Shown here piece after piece: positions 9,229 through 19,151 of a stretch of DNA of 64,000 bases. The number at the start of each line of letters is the position of its first letter. The stretch's first letter is position 1. Both the position numbers and the translations under genes were made by a program. This DNA is from Sedimentisphaerales bacterium (lineage in GTDB: Bacteria; Planctomycetota; Phycisphaerae; Sedimentisphaerales; Anaerobacaceae): NCBI GenBank assembly GCA_963708075.1, contig OY970194.1, forward strand, positions 3,040,001 through 3,104,000. Direction: 5' to 3'. A model generated the notes under the pieces. It ran no database searches. It had not been told where the DNA came from and worked only from the letters and a program-made list of their open reading frames with translations.

Positions 9229-11895
9229 CTACCAGATCGGAAATTCAATATCATCGATCCACGCCGCATCCGCGCCTTCGGCTGTAGTATAGTTTTTGCC
9301 ATACGTCCAGGTGAACGTATGCGTTCCGGGCTGGACGGAGAAGGCAAACTGTTCCCAATCATGCTCTCCGCTCCATTCACACATCATCGATCCATCGATT
9401 AAGAACTGGAATCTGTCGAATCCTTCCTCCGTGGATACTTTGCGCCAAAACCTGATCGACCCGCCGTCTACTTTGATGCTGATCTCCAGCGTGGTCTTTT
9501 GGCTGTTTCCAAGAATGCCCGTCCTCGCGCTATACGCCCCCTGGTGCCGGACGTCGGGCGTGACAATCCAGCGCACATCGGTTGGATGCATCCAAGCGAA
9601 GGCACTGAAATCACTCGTCTCGAAACCCTCCACTGCCGTGGAGGGGCCCAGATATGGGAACGACATACCATTATCGCTGAAAAGCCGTATCATCTCCTTG
9701 GCGTAGGTGTATCTCTCGAACCAGGCGTTCCAGAAGCACTTCATGTTCTCAGGTTTGCTCTCATTCAGCACCGTCCAGATCTTCGTGAGCCCTGTATCGC
9801 TCAACGTATCCCGGTTGTCCACGCCATCACAGTTGTCATCGAAGATGTCCCATAGCGTACTGGCGTTCATGTTCTCATAGAATTCCCCGGGCCGCCTGTG
9901 GTAGCCTGTTTCCTTCTCCAGATCAAGCGTGAACCTCGTTCGCAGCTTCTCATCATAATCCTGGTATTTGACATCCCCTGAATAGCAGTACCAGGTATCG
10001 CCATATTGTGTGGCGATACTGAACAGCGTAGCCCAAGCCTCACGGAAGGCCAGGTTCCTCGCGTGCTCCTCAATCCGGTTGGCAGGGCTGTATCGAAGAT
10101 CGATATTCCAGTAGTGCATGGGGTGGTCGCCGACAGCACCTTGGGCGAAATTGGCCAGTTGCGCCACGAAATGCCCGTACTCGTGCATGACCACGTCTCG
10201 GTCGCCCCGGTCTCCCTGGGCAATATGGATGCCGCTGTTCGGATCGTAGTACGTTCCGTTATCCGATGAGGGCCAATATGTGGTGATTTCGTTCGGCTCG
10301 ATGCCAAAGAACGTCTTGGCCTTGTGAAAGCCCTCGATTACGGAGTCGTATACCATGAACTCCCCGCCCTGTGTGGTCATGCTGGCCGTAAGCGATGCCT
10401 CCTGCGGATGCGGATACAGCGGGCTCTTGAGCGAATAGACCTGGTGAAGGACATCATCCTGGACGGAGCAGATCCTGCTCGTAGTTCCAGCATAGACCCC
10501 CGGCACAGCCTGCGTGAAGGCCTTGACGTACACCTGCCGGCCGCTCTTTTCATCCATGAGGATGAGAATGCTGTAGTTCCCGTCTTGATCCGTGTACGTC
10601 TCTCCGACTACACGGTCATCCAGCGGGTCGTTGTCCCCATCCACATCATACACCCTGACCAGAGCGTACCTCACGGGGTGCACCCAATTCTCCAAATCCC
10701 GGTACGTGATCCGCCCACAGACATAGCCGGGTGGATGCATCATCGTTACGGCTGTGCCGTCCACCCCGCAATCGTTCTGCGGGTTCGGGTCGCTAGGGCA
10801 AGTGATTATGGCCCCTATGTAGCACTTGCCTTCCGGGGAATACAGGGGGAGTTGACAGGTGATGCCACAAGCACGCTGTTCACCCGGCGCCAGGGCAGCC
10901 AAACTCTCAGAACCTATGCACGGATCCCGCGTCGTGACGGTGGTATCCAACGATACATAATAGTGAACAACATAACCGTCAGAAATCCTGTCCCCAACAT
11001 TCTGAACTACACTATGAACCAGAATCTGCCCGCCGGACATACAGGTACCATCCGCGGCATCTACTGATTGTACGGCCAGATCCGAGAACGGCCCTACCCA
11101 CACCAAGGCACCATCATAGCCTGTGTCGTTGCCGGGATTGACATCACCGGAACAGGCAACCTTTGCACAGATGAAATACTTGCCTTCCGTCATGTCCAAC
11201 GGGAATTGGCAGGTCGTTGAAACGGTCTCTTGCTGGGAACGATCCAAAGGATTCCCACCAGCAGTTCCCAAGCGATAACCGCTTGTCATGGTCGAAGGGC
11301 TTATGGCAGCGTAGTAATCAATGGAATAGCTTCCCGAATTCAGGTTCCCAACGTTCCTCACGATGCTGGTGATCGCCACGGAATCGCCGGGTCGGTAACA
11401 GTCACCTGAGGCATCCACTAATCGGACCGACAGGTTGGGGTGCGGTATGACCACTTCGAGCGGCCAGTACATGCTGTCCCAGTTGTCAGACGGATCATCA
11501 TCATTAGAGCAAGTAACCGTCGCTTTGATCTCATAGAGGCCCGCGGGTATGTTCAGCGGCAGCCTGCACCTTACCCCAATCTGACGCCACTCCCCCGCAT
11601 TCATCCCAGTTCGAGTCGTAGAACCCACATAGTATTCCTTCGGGTTGTACAATCGGTCTTCCACTGCGTAACAATCGACGGTGAAATCGTTTGATCCCTC
11701 ATGCCCGTGGTTCTCCAAGTCAACACCGTAGAATATCTCGCCTCCAGGAAAGTACTCCTCATCAAGCGGCAGATTGAACAAGTCGACGCTGGTGACGGCC
11801 AGGTCTGCATGGCCCAAGGCAATTGGGGCCGGGAAGAGAATGACGCCAACGATCCAGAGAACACCACGTATCGAGCGAAATGGGGACTTCTCCAT
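9229..11895 (-). CDS. Secreted CARDB-repeat protein with putative zinc metallopeptidase domain
   Basis: Signal peptide; three CARDB-like units (DLAV/NLSV..V.N.G...N..ND); VVMHEYGHFV zincin motif with downstream AFREAWA; C-terminal beta-sandwich (EGFE...WIDDIEF). Confidence 0.7.
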   Translation of the reverse strand: MEKSPFRSIRGVLWIVGVILFPAPIALGHADLAVTSVDLFNLPLDEEYFPGGEIFYGVDLENHGHEGSNDFTVDCYAVEDRLYNPKEYYVGSTTRTGMNAGEWRQIGVRCRLPLNIPAGLYEIKATVTCSNDDDPSDNWDSMYWPLEVVIPHPNLSVRLVDASGDCYRPGDSVAITSIVRNVGNLNSGSYSIDYYAAISPSTMTSGYRLGTAGGNPLDRSQQETVSTTCQFPLDMTEGKYFICAKVACSGDVNPGNDTGYDGALVWVGPFSDLAVQSVDAADGTCMSGGQILVHSVVQNVGDRISDGYVVHYYVSLDTTVTTRDPCIGSESLAALAPGEQRACGITCQLPLYSPEGKCYIGAIITCPSDPNPQNDCGVDGTAVTMMHPPGYVCGRITYRDLENWVHPVRYALVRVYDVDGDNDPLDDRVVGETYTDQDGNYSILILMDEKSGRQVYVKAFTQAVPGVYAGTTSRICSVQDDVLHQVYSLKSPLYPHPQEASLTASMTTQGGEFMVYDSVIEGFHKAKTFFGIEPNEITTYWPSSDNGTYYDPNSGIHIAQGDRGDRDVVMHEYGHFVAQLANFAQGAVGDHPMHYWNIDLRYSPANRIEEHARNLAFREAWATLFSIATQYGDTWYCYSGDVKYQDYDEKLRTRFTLDLEKETGYHRRPGEFYENMNASTLWDIFDDNCDGVDNRDTLSDTGLTKIWTVLNESKPENMKCFWNAWFERYTYAKEMIRLFSDNGMSFPYLGPSTAVEGFETSDFSAFAWMHPTDVRWIVTPDVRHQGAYSARTGILGNSQKTTLEISIKVDGGSIRFWRKVSTEEGFDRFQFLIDGSMMCEWSGEHDWEQFAFSVQPGTHTFTWTYGKNYTTAEGADAAWIDDIEFPIW

Positions 11896-11897
11896 GC

Positions 11898-12725
11898 TTA
11901 TATCCTTCCAGACCCAAGCTGCACCTGCTTGTCCTCGCTCACGCCGGCAGTCTCCTCACGAACCTCCGCCGGGCGTTCGTTCAGTTCCAGGATTCTGCGG
12001 GCGACATCAGGGTCGGTCGCTTTGAGCTCGGCGATCTTGCGGTCAAGGAAGCCGGGATCGGCGGCCTCCAGGCGGGCCAATTCGTCATCGACGGCTTGCT
12101 CGCCGGCGATATGGAGCCCGGGCCTGTAAGTCGCGAGGATGCGCCGCTCCAGTTCCCGTCGCAGCTCCAGCCGCTGGATGTGCTCGAATGACACAGTGGA
12201 CGAGAGAATGCCGGTGTCTCTGACATCAAGGTACAGGGACTGCGAAATCGCGATCTTGTCGGCGTCCTCCCCCTGCGGCGTAAACTCGAAGGCGACGGTA
12301 AAGCAGTACCGGCCGACCGGCAGTGCGTCCACCGTGTATACGGCGCTCTCGGTTACGAAATCGGCCGGCGTCCCAGCCCAGAGCACCTCCGTATGGTTGG
12401 ACTCAGCACCCACATTCGGCACCATCAGCGTGAGGACACCCGAGTCAACGGGCACCAGGGAGGACGCAGCCACTGTAATCGTGATGGCCTCCCCTGCGCT
12501 GTCCCCTTGCCCTAAACCGATCGACAGTTCCGCGGGAAGCTCGATCTTGCTGTATGGGTGATACGGTCGATTCTGATGCACGCTCGCTCCGCCGGTCGGC
12601 GATAACTGAGAGGGCGGCCCCTTGCGGACCATGCGATCCTGCCCACCCCCGAATCGAACCACAGCCGGCGTGAAAACACCTGCAACGGCTGCCCACAGGA
12701 TAAGTACAGACACTCGATGCATCAT
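11898..12725 (-). CDS. Secreted hypothetical protein, co-oriented and 2 bp from the CARDB gene
   Basis: Long ORF with N-terminal hydrophobic signal; start uncertain. Confidence 0.6.
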   Translation of the reverse strand: MMHRVSVLILWAAVAGVFTPAVVRFGGGQDRMVRKGPPSQLSPTGGASVHQNRPYHPYSKIELPAELSIGLGQGDSAGEAITITVAASSLVPVDSGVLTLMVPNVGAESNHTEVLWAGTPADFVTESAVYTVDALPVGRYCFTVAFEFTPQGEDADKIAISQSLYLDVRDTGILSSTVSFEHIQRLELRRELERRILATYRPGLHIAGEQAVDDELARLEAADPGFLDRKIAELKATDPDVARRILELNERPAEVREETAGVSEDKQVQLGSGRI

Positions 12726-13080
12726 GGCATGCCCTTCCACAGTGTCACTGCCACCATCTCTCGTCCGGGTAGACCTCCAACCCGTGGCGGCGAATATGCC
12801 AATTCACCGCCCATCCCGGCCCTCCAACGGCCGAACGCTCATCCTCGTTTTACACAGGGTCTTGAGAGCCTTACGCGCGTCACCGCGTGAATCAGTCGGT
12901 GCCAACCAGCCGCAAGGTCTCGATCCCTCTATCCTATCAAAGTCCGATATAAATGTCACGGGAAATCCCTATCAGCTCGGGGTGATTCGGTGGCTCGGCG
13001 CGGGCGATGGGACGCAGAAACCCGAGAGGAATCTGGCTCGACGCGCGGTGACATCCGTAGCGGACAAATGGCAACAACAA

Positions 13081-13974
13081 TCAACCTGCGAACCGTTCGT
13101 CGCCGGAAGCAGCCCTGATAGCCTTCAATGCGCTGGTTTCTTTGTCTTTGATCTCCAGCATGATGTCGAAATCGAACGGTCTGCTATCACGAAGGAATGC
13201 TCTAAAGGCCCTGGTCTCGATGGATTGCGTATGTGATCCGACAGGCTTGCCAATGGCCTGGCTGCTATAATCGACCATCGGGATGCCGTCACGCTGGCTC
13301 CATGTGGCGCCAGCCCCTTCGAGGCACGTGTGCACGTCCTCGCCGTGGTTGAGAATGGAGTGGTGAAACACATCAAATAGCACGGGCACACCCGTCCGGC
13401 CGTGGATCTGCAGGCAGTCCCGCAGACGGTAGCTTCTCTCGTCGTTCTCAATGACCAGCCGGCGTTGAATTGCCGGGTCAAGCTGCCCGAAGCGTTCGAC
13501 AAACCTCCGGATACTCTCCGCCTTGTCACCGTAAACGCCGCCCACGTGAATCTGTATCTTGGCCGTCGCGTCGAGGTCCATCGCATCGAGCACTTGAGCG
13601 TGGTAGAGCAATTCCCTGCGGCTGCGCTCGAAGATCGCCTCGTCCACCGAGTTGATCAGGGTGAACTGGTCCGGATGCATCGAGATCCGAATGCCGTGCT
13701 TTTTGATAAAGTCGCCGATCCGCAATAACTGCTCACGGAAATGACTCTGCCAATCGAACCGGCACACCGGGTGCGACGCAAACGGCACGAGGTCGGAACT
13801 CAGCCGAAAGAACAGCACCCGCCTCTCCACATTCCACTGCAGAATCGCCTCCAGACAGTCAAGGTTGTTCGCGACTGTCTCGATCAGCCGGAGCTCGGAG
13901 TACGACTTGAGCCGAAACGTCCGATTCGCCTTGCACCCGATTGTCAGGTTGATGCATGGGTATCCGATCTTCAT
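13081..13974 (-). CDS. uvsE: UV DNA damage repair endonuclease UvsE
   Basis: KIGYPCIN, FFRLSSDLVPFASHP, RISMHPDQF, IHVGG, LVIENDE, FDVFHH, IMLEIKDKE. Confidence 0.95.
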   Translation of the reverse strand: MKIGYPCINLTIGCKANRTFRLKSYSELRLIETVANNLDCLEAILQWNVERRVLFFRLSSDLVPFASHPVCRFDWQSHFREQLLRIGDFIKKHGIRISMHPDQFTLINSVDEAIFERSRRELLYHAQVLDAMDLDATAKIQIHVGGVYGDKAESIRRFVERFGQLDPAIQRRLVIENDERSYRLRDCLQIHGRTGVPVLFDVFHHSILNHGEDVHTCLEGAGATWSQRDGIPMVDYSSQAIGKPVGSHTQSIETRAFRAFLRDSRPFDFDIMLEIKDKETSALKAIRAASGDERFAG

Positions 13975-14085
13975 ATGCATAGCTACGCGGCATCGAAAAA
14001 GGAGTGCATTTCGGAGCGTGCGGGAGTATTCTGAACCGAATACAGGCCCGCGTGGGGCAGGTCATTCACTGGGAGGTTTCGGAGC

Positions 14086-15359
14086 ATGAAGTCGATCATA
14101 TCGAGCAGAATGCGATGGGTGCTTTCGGTTCTAGCGATCTCATTCATCGAAGTCTCTGCGGCAAAAGCCGAGGATTGGCCCTGTTTTCGCGGGCCGGGCA
14201 GGCAGGGAATCTCGCAGGAGAAGAACCTGCCAACGCAGTGGAGTGCTACGACGAATATCCGCTGGAAGACGCCTATTCCCGGTGAGGGCTGGTCGTCGCC
14301 CATCGTGTTCGGGGACCAGGTGTTCGTGACCACGGCTGTCGATAAGGGCACTTCGCTCCATCTGATCTGTTTGAGCCGCGCGACCGGGAAGATCGCCTGG
14401 GACAAGGAACTTACGCAACAGGAGCTCAAGTACAAGCAACAGCCCAATTCCTATGCCACGTCGACGCCTGTCACCGACGGCCGGATGGTGTATGTGGTGG
14501 TCTGTGACGGGCGGATCCTGGCGGCGGACATGGACGGGAAGGTCGCTTGGACAAACAGCGAGTTCGACTACTACAGCCAGCATGGATTGGCTGTCTCGCC
14601 CGTGCTGTACGAGGATCTCGTCATCGTTCCGTTCGACTGGAGCAGCCCGGGGCCCAACAAGAGCGTGGGTTGGCAGACTCCGTGGGACAAGGCGGTGATT
14701 CTGGCTGTGGACAAGAACACGGGAAACACGCGATGGAAGGGTAGCCGGAGCAGCTCTCAGATCGCCCATGTCACGCCGCAGATTGCCGGCGTGGACGGCC
14801 GCGATCAGCTCGTCAGCGGCGCCGGCGGTGTCGTGCAAGGGTTCAATCTCAAAACGGGCGAGCGGCTCTGGACCGTGTCCAGCCCGGGTGAAGGCGTCGT
14901 GCCCTCGGTCGTCGCCGGCGATGGCATGGCGTTCACGGCGTCGGGTTTCGGTGAGGAAACCATCCTCGCGGTCCGGCTTGGCGGCAGCGGCGACATCACC
15001 CAGACGCACGTCGTATGGCGGGTGAAGGACGACGTTCCCCACGTTCCATCGATGCTGTACGTCTCGCCTCGCTTGTACTCGATCACCGAGGCCGGGACCA
15101 TCAATTGCCGCCAGGCGCCACCGGCGAGCTCCTTTGGCGCGAGCGGCTGCGCGGGCCGTTCTCCGCTTCGCCCGTCTGGGCCGACGGCAAGGTCTACTTC
15201 CTCTCCGAAAAGGGAACGACCACCGTGGTCGAGGAGGGCCCGCAGTTCAAGGTCGTGGCCACAAATGAGCTCAGTGAGAAATGCTGCGCCAGTCCCGCCA
15301 TCTCCCAGGGCAATGTCTTCATCCGCACGGAAAAGACCCTCTACTGCATCGGACAGTAG
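14086..15359 (+). CDS. PQQ-binding-like beta-propeller protein (single frameshift ~15115)
   Basis: EDWPCFRGP, GEGWSSPIV, YATSTPVTDG; C-terminus TGELLW...ASPAISQGNVFIRTEKTLYCIG lies in the adjacent frame. Confidence 0.8.
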
Positions 15360-15362
15360 GTG

Positions 15363-16950
15363 TCATTCGCGAGTGGACAGGTAAGGCTGAGTGGCGGGAG
15401 CGGCTTTCGGACTGGCCGTCGTGATGGGGAGTTGGACGGAGATCTTATCCGAGCTTCGCACCACCCGGCCCAGGCTCTCCTTCGTCACTTGCACAGGGCT
15501 GGTCACCAACTCGGGGACGCTGTAGGTCCACAGGCACGAATCGTAATGCGTCGGATCCTTCTGGGGCAACAGCAACGGCTTGCGGGCGGTGCCATTGGGA
15601 TCGACGTAGCTGAGCCAGGTCCTTGTAAACACGCCGCTTCCCCGCTTGCTGCTGAAGGCAATCCACCGGCCGTTGCTGGACCAACTGTGCCAGCTCTCGC
15701 TCTCGTCACTGTTGATGTCCAGGCGGCGGTACTCAAAGCGGCCGGTCTGCTTCGCCGCCTCCAGGTCGATCATATACAGGTCACTGCTGCGCTGGTAAAC
15801 GGGAAAGCACCCATACTCGCACATGCAAAACAGCAGCCATCGTCCATCCGGGCTGATCCGCGGCAGCAACACGGTGCGGCCGGCATCCTGCGCGGACACC
15901 ACCGTCTCCAGCGCGCCCCACTCATCCCGATCCGGGTCATACGCGATCCGCATCAGATCGTATCTGACCTCTTTGTATTCCGGCGGAATCGCAGTGCGGT
16001 CAGTCCATGTCAGCGGAGCGCTGCAGAAGTACAGGAATCGCCCGTCCGGCGACCACGTCGGATACGTTTCAAGCCGGTCCTTGCGCAAGGTTCGGCGCCG
16101 TCTTGATCGTCTGCGAGCCCACCACGTAGTAGGCGATCAGCGAATCGAGGTCCATCACATCACGACTCTCATCACCGACGGAATGATGGAACAGAACGAC
16201 CTTGTTCATGGAATACGTCAGAATCTTGCCGCTCGGATGCCAGGAGGAGTACCCGAACGTGGCCCCGACCTTCCGGGCCGTGCCGTCTTCGACGATGATC
16301 GCGGCGCTCGTGTACTTCTCGGTCCGAGTGCTGATCAGCATCCGGTCGGTGCGATTATTGCAGAACGTGTGACAGTTCACACAGCCTTCGTTGAAGTACC
16401 CGCCGGTCAAGACCGTGGACTCGTCAAAACCTCCCAAGTCCCGCTGATAGATGCCCATCTCGCGATGAACCGCGTGCACCGGATGAATCCTGCGATAGAC
16501 CAGGTATTTGTCGATCTCCTCATTCGCAATCGTGCAGCGAACCGTGTCGAATCGTTGCCATTGGCGTCCCCCGTCCTTATTATCGGTTTGCACGAAAAGC
16601 TCGAAGACGAGTCTCTTTCCGCGATTGGCAGCCAGCAATTCGTGCCAAGGCTTCTCGGGGATCGTGATCACGCCGGTGCGGCTCAGGACCTTAATGATCC
16701 GGCCCTGGTCCGCGCGGATTCGCACGAAATAGCGGGAGCCTCCCTCTTCAACCACGAAGTTCAATGGTGCTATGTTCGGAGGGATGACAGTATCCGAGTA
16801 ATCCGGGTGCACCTTCGCAGCACGACCCACTGCTGGCGCGCTATTTGGCAATACAACTTCAAGAAGATGGAACCCCCTCAGGCACAGACTACCCGTCAGC
16901 AAGGCGGCCGCCGCGAGAACGATGAACAGATGTCGATTGTGTTTGTCCAT
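15363..16950 (-). CDS. TolB-like (PD40 repeat) protein with CxxCH motif (frameshift ~16085)
   Basis: PDYSDTVIPPNIAPLNF, CVNCH, SWHPSGK; second part ETYPTWSPDG, PRISPDG, HSWSSNGRW. Confidence 0.8.
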
Positions 16951-16956
16951 TATAGG

Positions 16957-18984
16957 TCAAAACGCGTAAATGTAGTAAAAGAGATAGCTGTTGCGATAAC
17001 TGTCAGCCAACTCGGCCATTGCGGCCGCCTTGTCCCTCTTATATCTGTTGAAAATGCGACTGAAGTTCTCGAAACGCGAACGCACTTCGGGGCTGATGGG
17101 ATAGTCGGCAGCCTTATTCCTGGGGTAAGCATAGATCGCCAGAGCCTCCTGATACAGCGGCGGGATCGCGGTGTACCCGAACTCGCCCAGCCGCCCGATG
17201 CTCTGGACGAACTTGTCCAACTGACGAGTCTGCATGTACCACGCCATGAGGTACTCGAAGGCCATGCGATTGTGATTGTCCTGGGCCGCCAGGGCGGCGA
17301 GCATCTCCTCCCTCGCATAGAACAGGGCTGTGTTGTCCTTCCTCAGGCACCGGGTGCGCAGGTCCTGAATCTCGCGATCGCCGGCCAGATTCGGGTCGGT
17401 CTCAAGACGCGACAGGTAGTCCCTGGCCCAACTGCCGTGGAACAGGGTCTTGCTCAGGGCCCCGAGATAGATGCGAGCCGTGTCCATGCTGCCCTTGACC
17501 ATGTTCACCATCGCCAAACGCTGCAGAATCATGGGCTGCTCACCGAACGTCTCCATGCACTCGGTCAGGTGCTTGTCCGCGACGCTCGGGAGCCCCAGGT
17601 CGATCTGCGTATCGAACTTGTTCCAGTACGCCAGAACCCGGTCGTCGCCCGTGTGCAGCAAGGCGTCAGGGTGCTGGGGATACGAGAACATGTCCCGGGT
17701 GAGCCGGCCGGTGTGCCATAGGGCCCGATTCACGGCGTTCATCACGAAATAGTCGCTGGGGTGCCGCCGGGCGGCCTGGAGGACCTCGGGCCACATCTTC
17801 TGACAGGCGTACCAGTGGACTTCCAGCCGGACCTGCTCCCGTTCGTCGAGACTGCCAAAGGCAACCACACCAGCAGCGGCCAGCAGAAGCAACGAGCCGA
17901 TTGTCCCCTTGACGACCGGAGCACCCATCCAGCGGCGAAGCAAGGGCAGCAGCGTTTTCGTCGGTTTCGCGTGGCGCACTCGTCCGTGTGCCTCCGGCGG
18001 CATTGCTTTTGCGTCCTTCTTCAATCCAGCCACAAGCCGCCACAAGCCGCCTACCAGCGCGCCGACGATTGGGACGAGGTAGAGAGCATACACGACCGCC
18101 ACCATCTGCTCTCGCGTCCCCCGGCCGTGAATTTGGGGCGACAGCGGCAGCACATCCGTATAGGCATCGATCACGCTGACGCCGAAGAGCAGAACCCCTC
18201 CAACATACGGAGCGACAGCACCGAACGCGAGATAAGCCAAACCAATCCCATATCGACGCCGGTGCAGAAGCTCGTATATCGCACATAGTGCGGCGAATGG
18301 CAGGACCGCCGCCGCGCCAACCACGTACACGACTGCCGAGAGTACGACGAAGATGGCCAGACCTATCGAGTGCGGCGTGCGGAATGCGGAGTGCGGAGTA
18401 CTGCTGGGATCCGATTCCGCATTCCGCATTCCGCATTCCGCATTTCCTGCACCGCCGGCAAGGCTCACATACAGGCACGCCGCGAATAACGCCGCCAGGG
18501 CTCCCATGATCGTGGGCAGGTGGTAGGTGTACCGGGCATAGGTGGCCAGCACGAGAAGTGCGGGGACAAACCGCAGCCAGCGGGCCCCCGGCACGCCGAC
18601 GGCCCGGAGAAACCAACTCGTGCATGCGGAAAGCGCCCAGGCCTGAACTGTTATGACAATCGCCCCGGCCCAGGAATAATAGAACAACTGCGAGAGCAGA
18701 GCGGAGGCGTACCTGAGCAGCCCCCCGGGGCGCGACATGCTCTCCTGGAAGAACGCCCAGCCCCTATAGAAGATGGGGAAATTCGTGATCGTCCCGCAGC
18801 TATAGATGAGACACGGCTTCACTATGAGCCAGAGGTACAGGTAGCACAGGGCGAAGAAGAGAACCGTCCGCGTCGCGTCGCCCAGCCGGCTGCGCAGCCA
18901 TCGGCTCACAAATGTAGGGGCGGGTTTGAAACCCGCCCGTACGGCGACGACGCTCGTCGACGGTTGCCGGAGCGAGTGTGGCAT
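16957..18984 (-). CDS. DUF6057-like multi-pass membrane protein
   Basis: PGGLLRYASALLSQLFYY N-terminal TM region; NRMAFEYLMAWY, PPLYQEAL, SYLFYY C-terminus; paired with the TolB-like gene; start placed at ATG 18984. Confidence 0.75.
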   Translation of the reverse strand: MPHSLRQPSTSVVAVRAGFKPAPTFVSRWLRSRLGDATRTVLFFALCYLYLWLIVKPCLIYSCGTITNFPIFYRGWAFFQESMSRPGGLLRYASALLSQLFYYSWAGAIVITVQAWALSACTSWFLRAVGVPGARWLRFVPALLVLATYARYTYHLPTIMGALAALFAACLYVSLAGGAGNAECGMRNAESDPSSTPHSAFRTPHSIGLAIFVVLSAVVYVVGAAAVLPFAALCAIYELLHRRRYGIGLAYLAFGAVAPYVGGVLLFGVSVIDAYTDVLPLSPQIHGRGTREQMVAVVYALYLVPIVGALVGGLWRLVAGLKKDAKAMPPEAHGRVRHAKPTKTLLPLLRRWMGAPVVKGTIGSLLLLAAAGVVAFGSLDEREQVRLEVHWYACQKMWPEVLQAARRHPSDYFVMNAVNRALWHTGRLTRDMFSYPQHPDALLHTGDDRVLAYWNKFDTQIDLGLPSVADKHLTECMETFGEQPMILQRLAMVNMVKGSMDTARIYLGALSKTLFHGSWARDYLSRLETDPNLAGDREIQDLRTRCLRKDNTALFYAREEMLAALAAQDNHNRMAFEYLMAWYMQTRQLDKFVQSIGRLGEFGYTAIPPLYQEALAIYAYPRNKAADYPISPEVRSRFENFSRIFNRYKRDKAAAMAELADSYRNSYLFYYIYAF
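18371..18442. repeat. Heptamer-repeat hairpin inserted in-frame in a CDS
   Basis: 4x TGCGG(CG/AA/AG/AG), a 16-nt loop, then 4x TTCCGCA; translated NAECGMRNAESDPSSTPHSAFRTPH. Confidence 0.8.
18914..18942 (+). repeat. GTAG-type REP palindrome
   Basis: GTAGGGGCGGGTTTGAAACCCGCCCGTAC. Confidence 0.75.
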
Positions 18985-19096
18985 CGGTCGTTTCCAAAAA
19001 AGCACTGTTCGCCGGAGTCCAAGACCGGTATCGAGACGCACCGCGTGGAACCAAGGATCGACCCCCCAAAGCACATCCCACGCACTGCCGGCGGCG

Positions 19097-19125
19097 AATA
19101 TGGCCCATCCCAGGGCATTTGTCAA
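19097..19125 (-). promoter_or_regulatory. Sigma70-type promoter for the DUF6057/TolB operon
   Basis: TTGACA-N17-CATATT on the minus strand. Confidence 0.6.
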
Positions 19126-19151
19126 GCTGAATCCCCGGACTCTGCACGGTG

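Noticed and set aside
18985..19125. N-terminal extension of the DUF6057 ORF from TTG 19125
   Set aside because: That TTG is the -35 hexamer TTGACA; ATG 18984 is a more plausible start.
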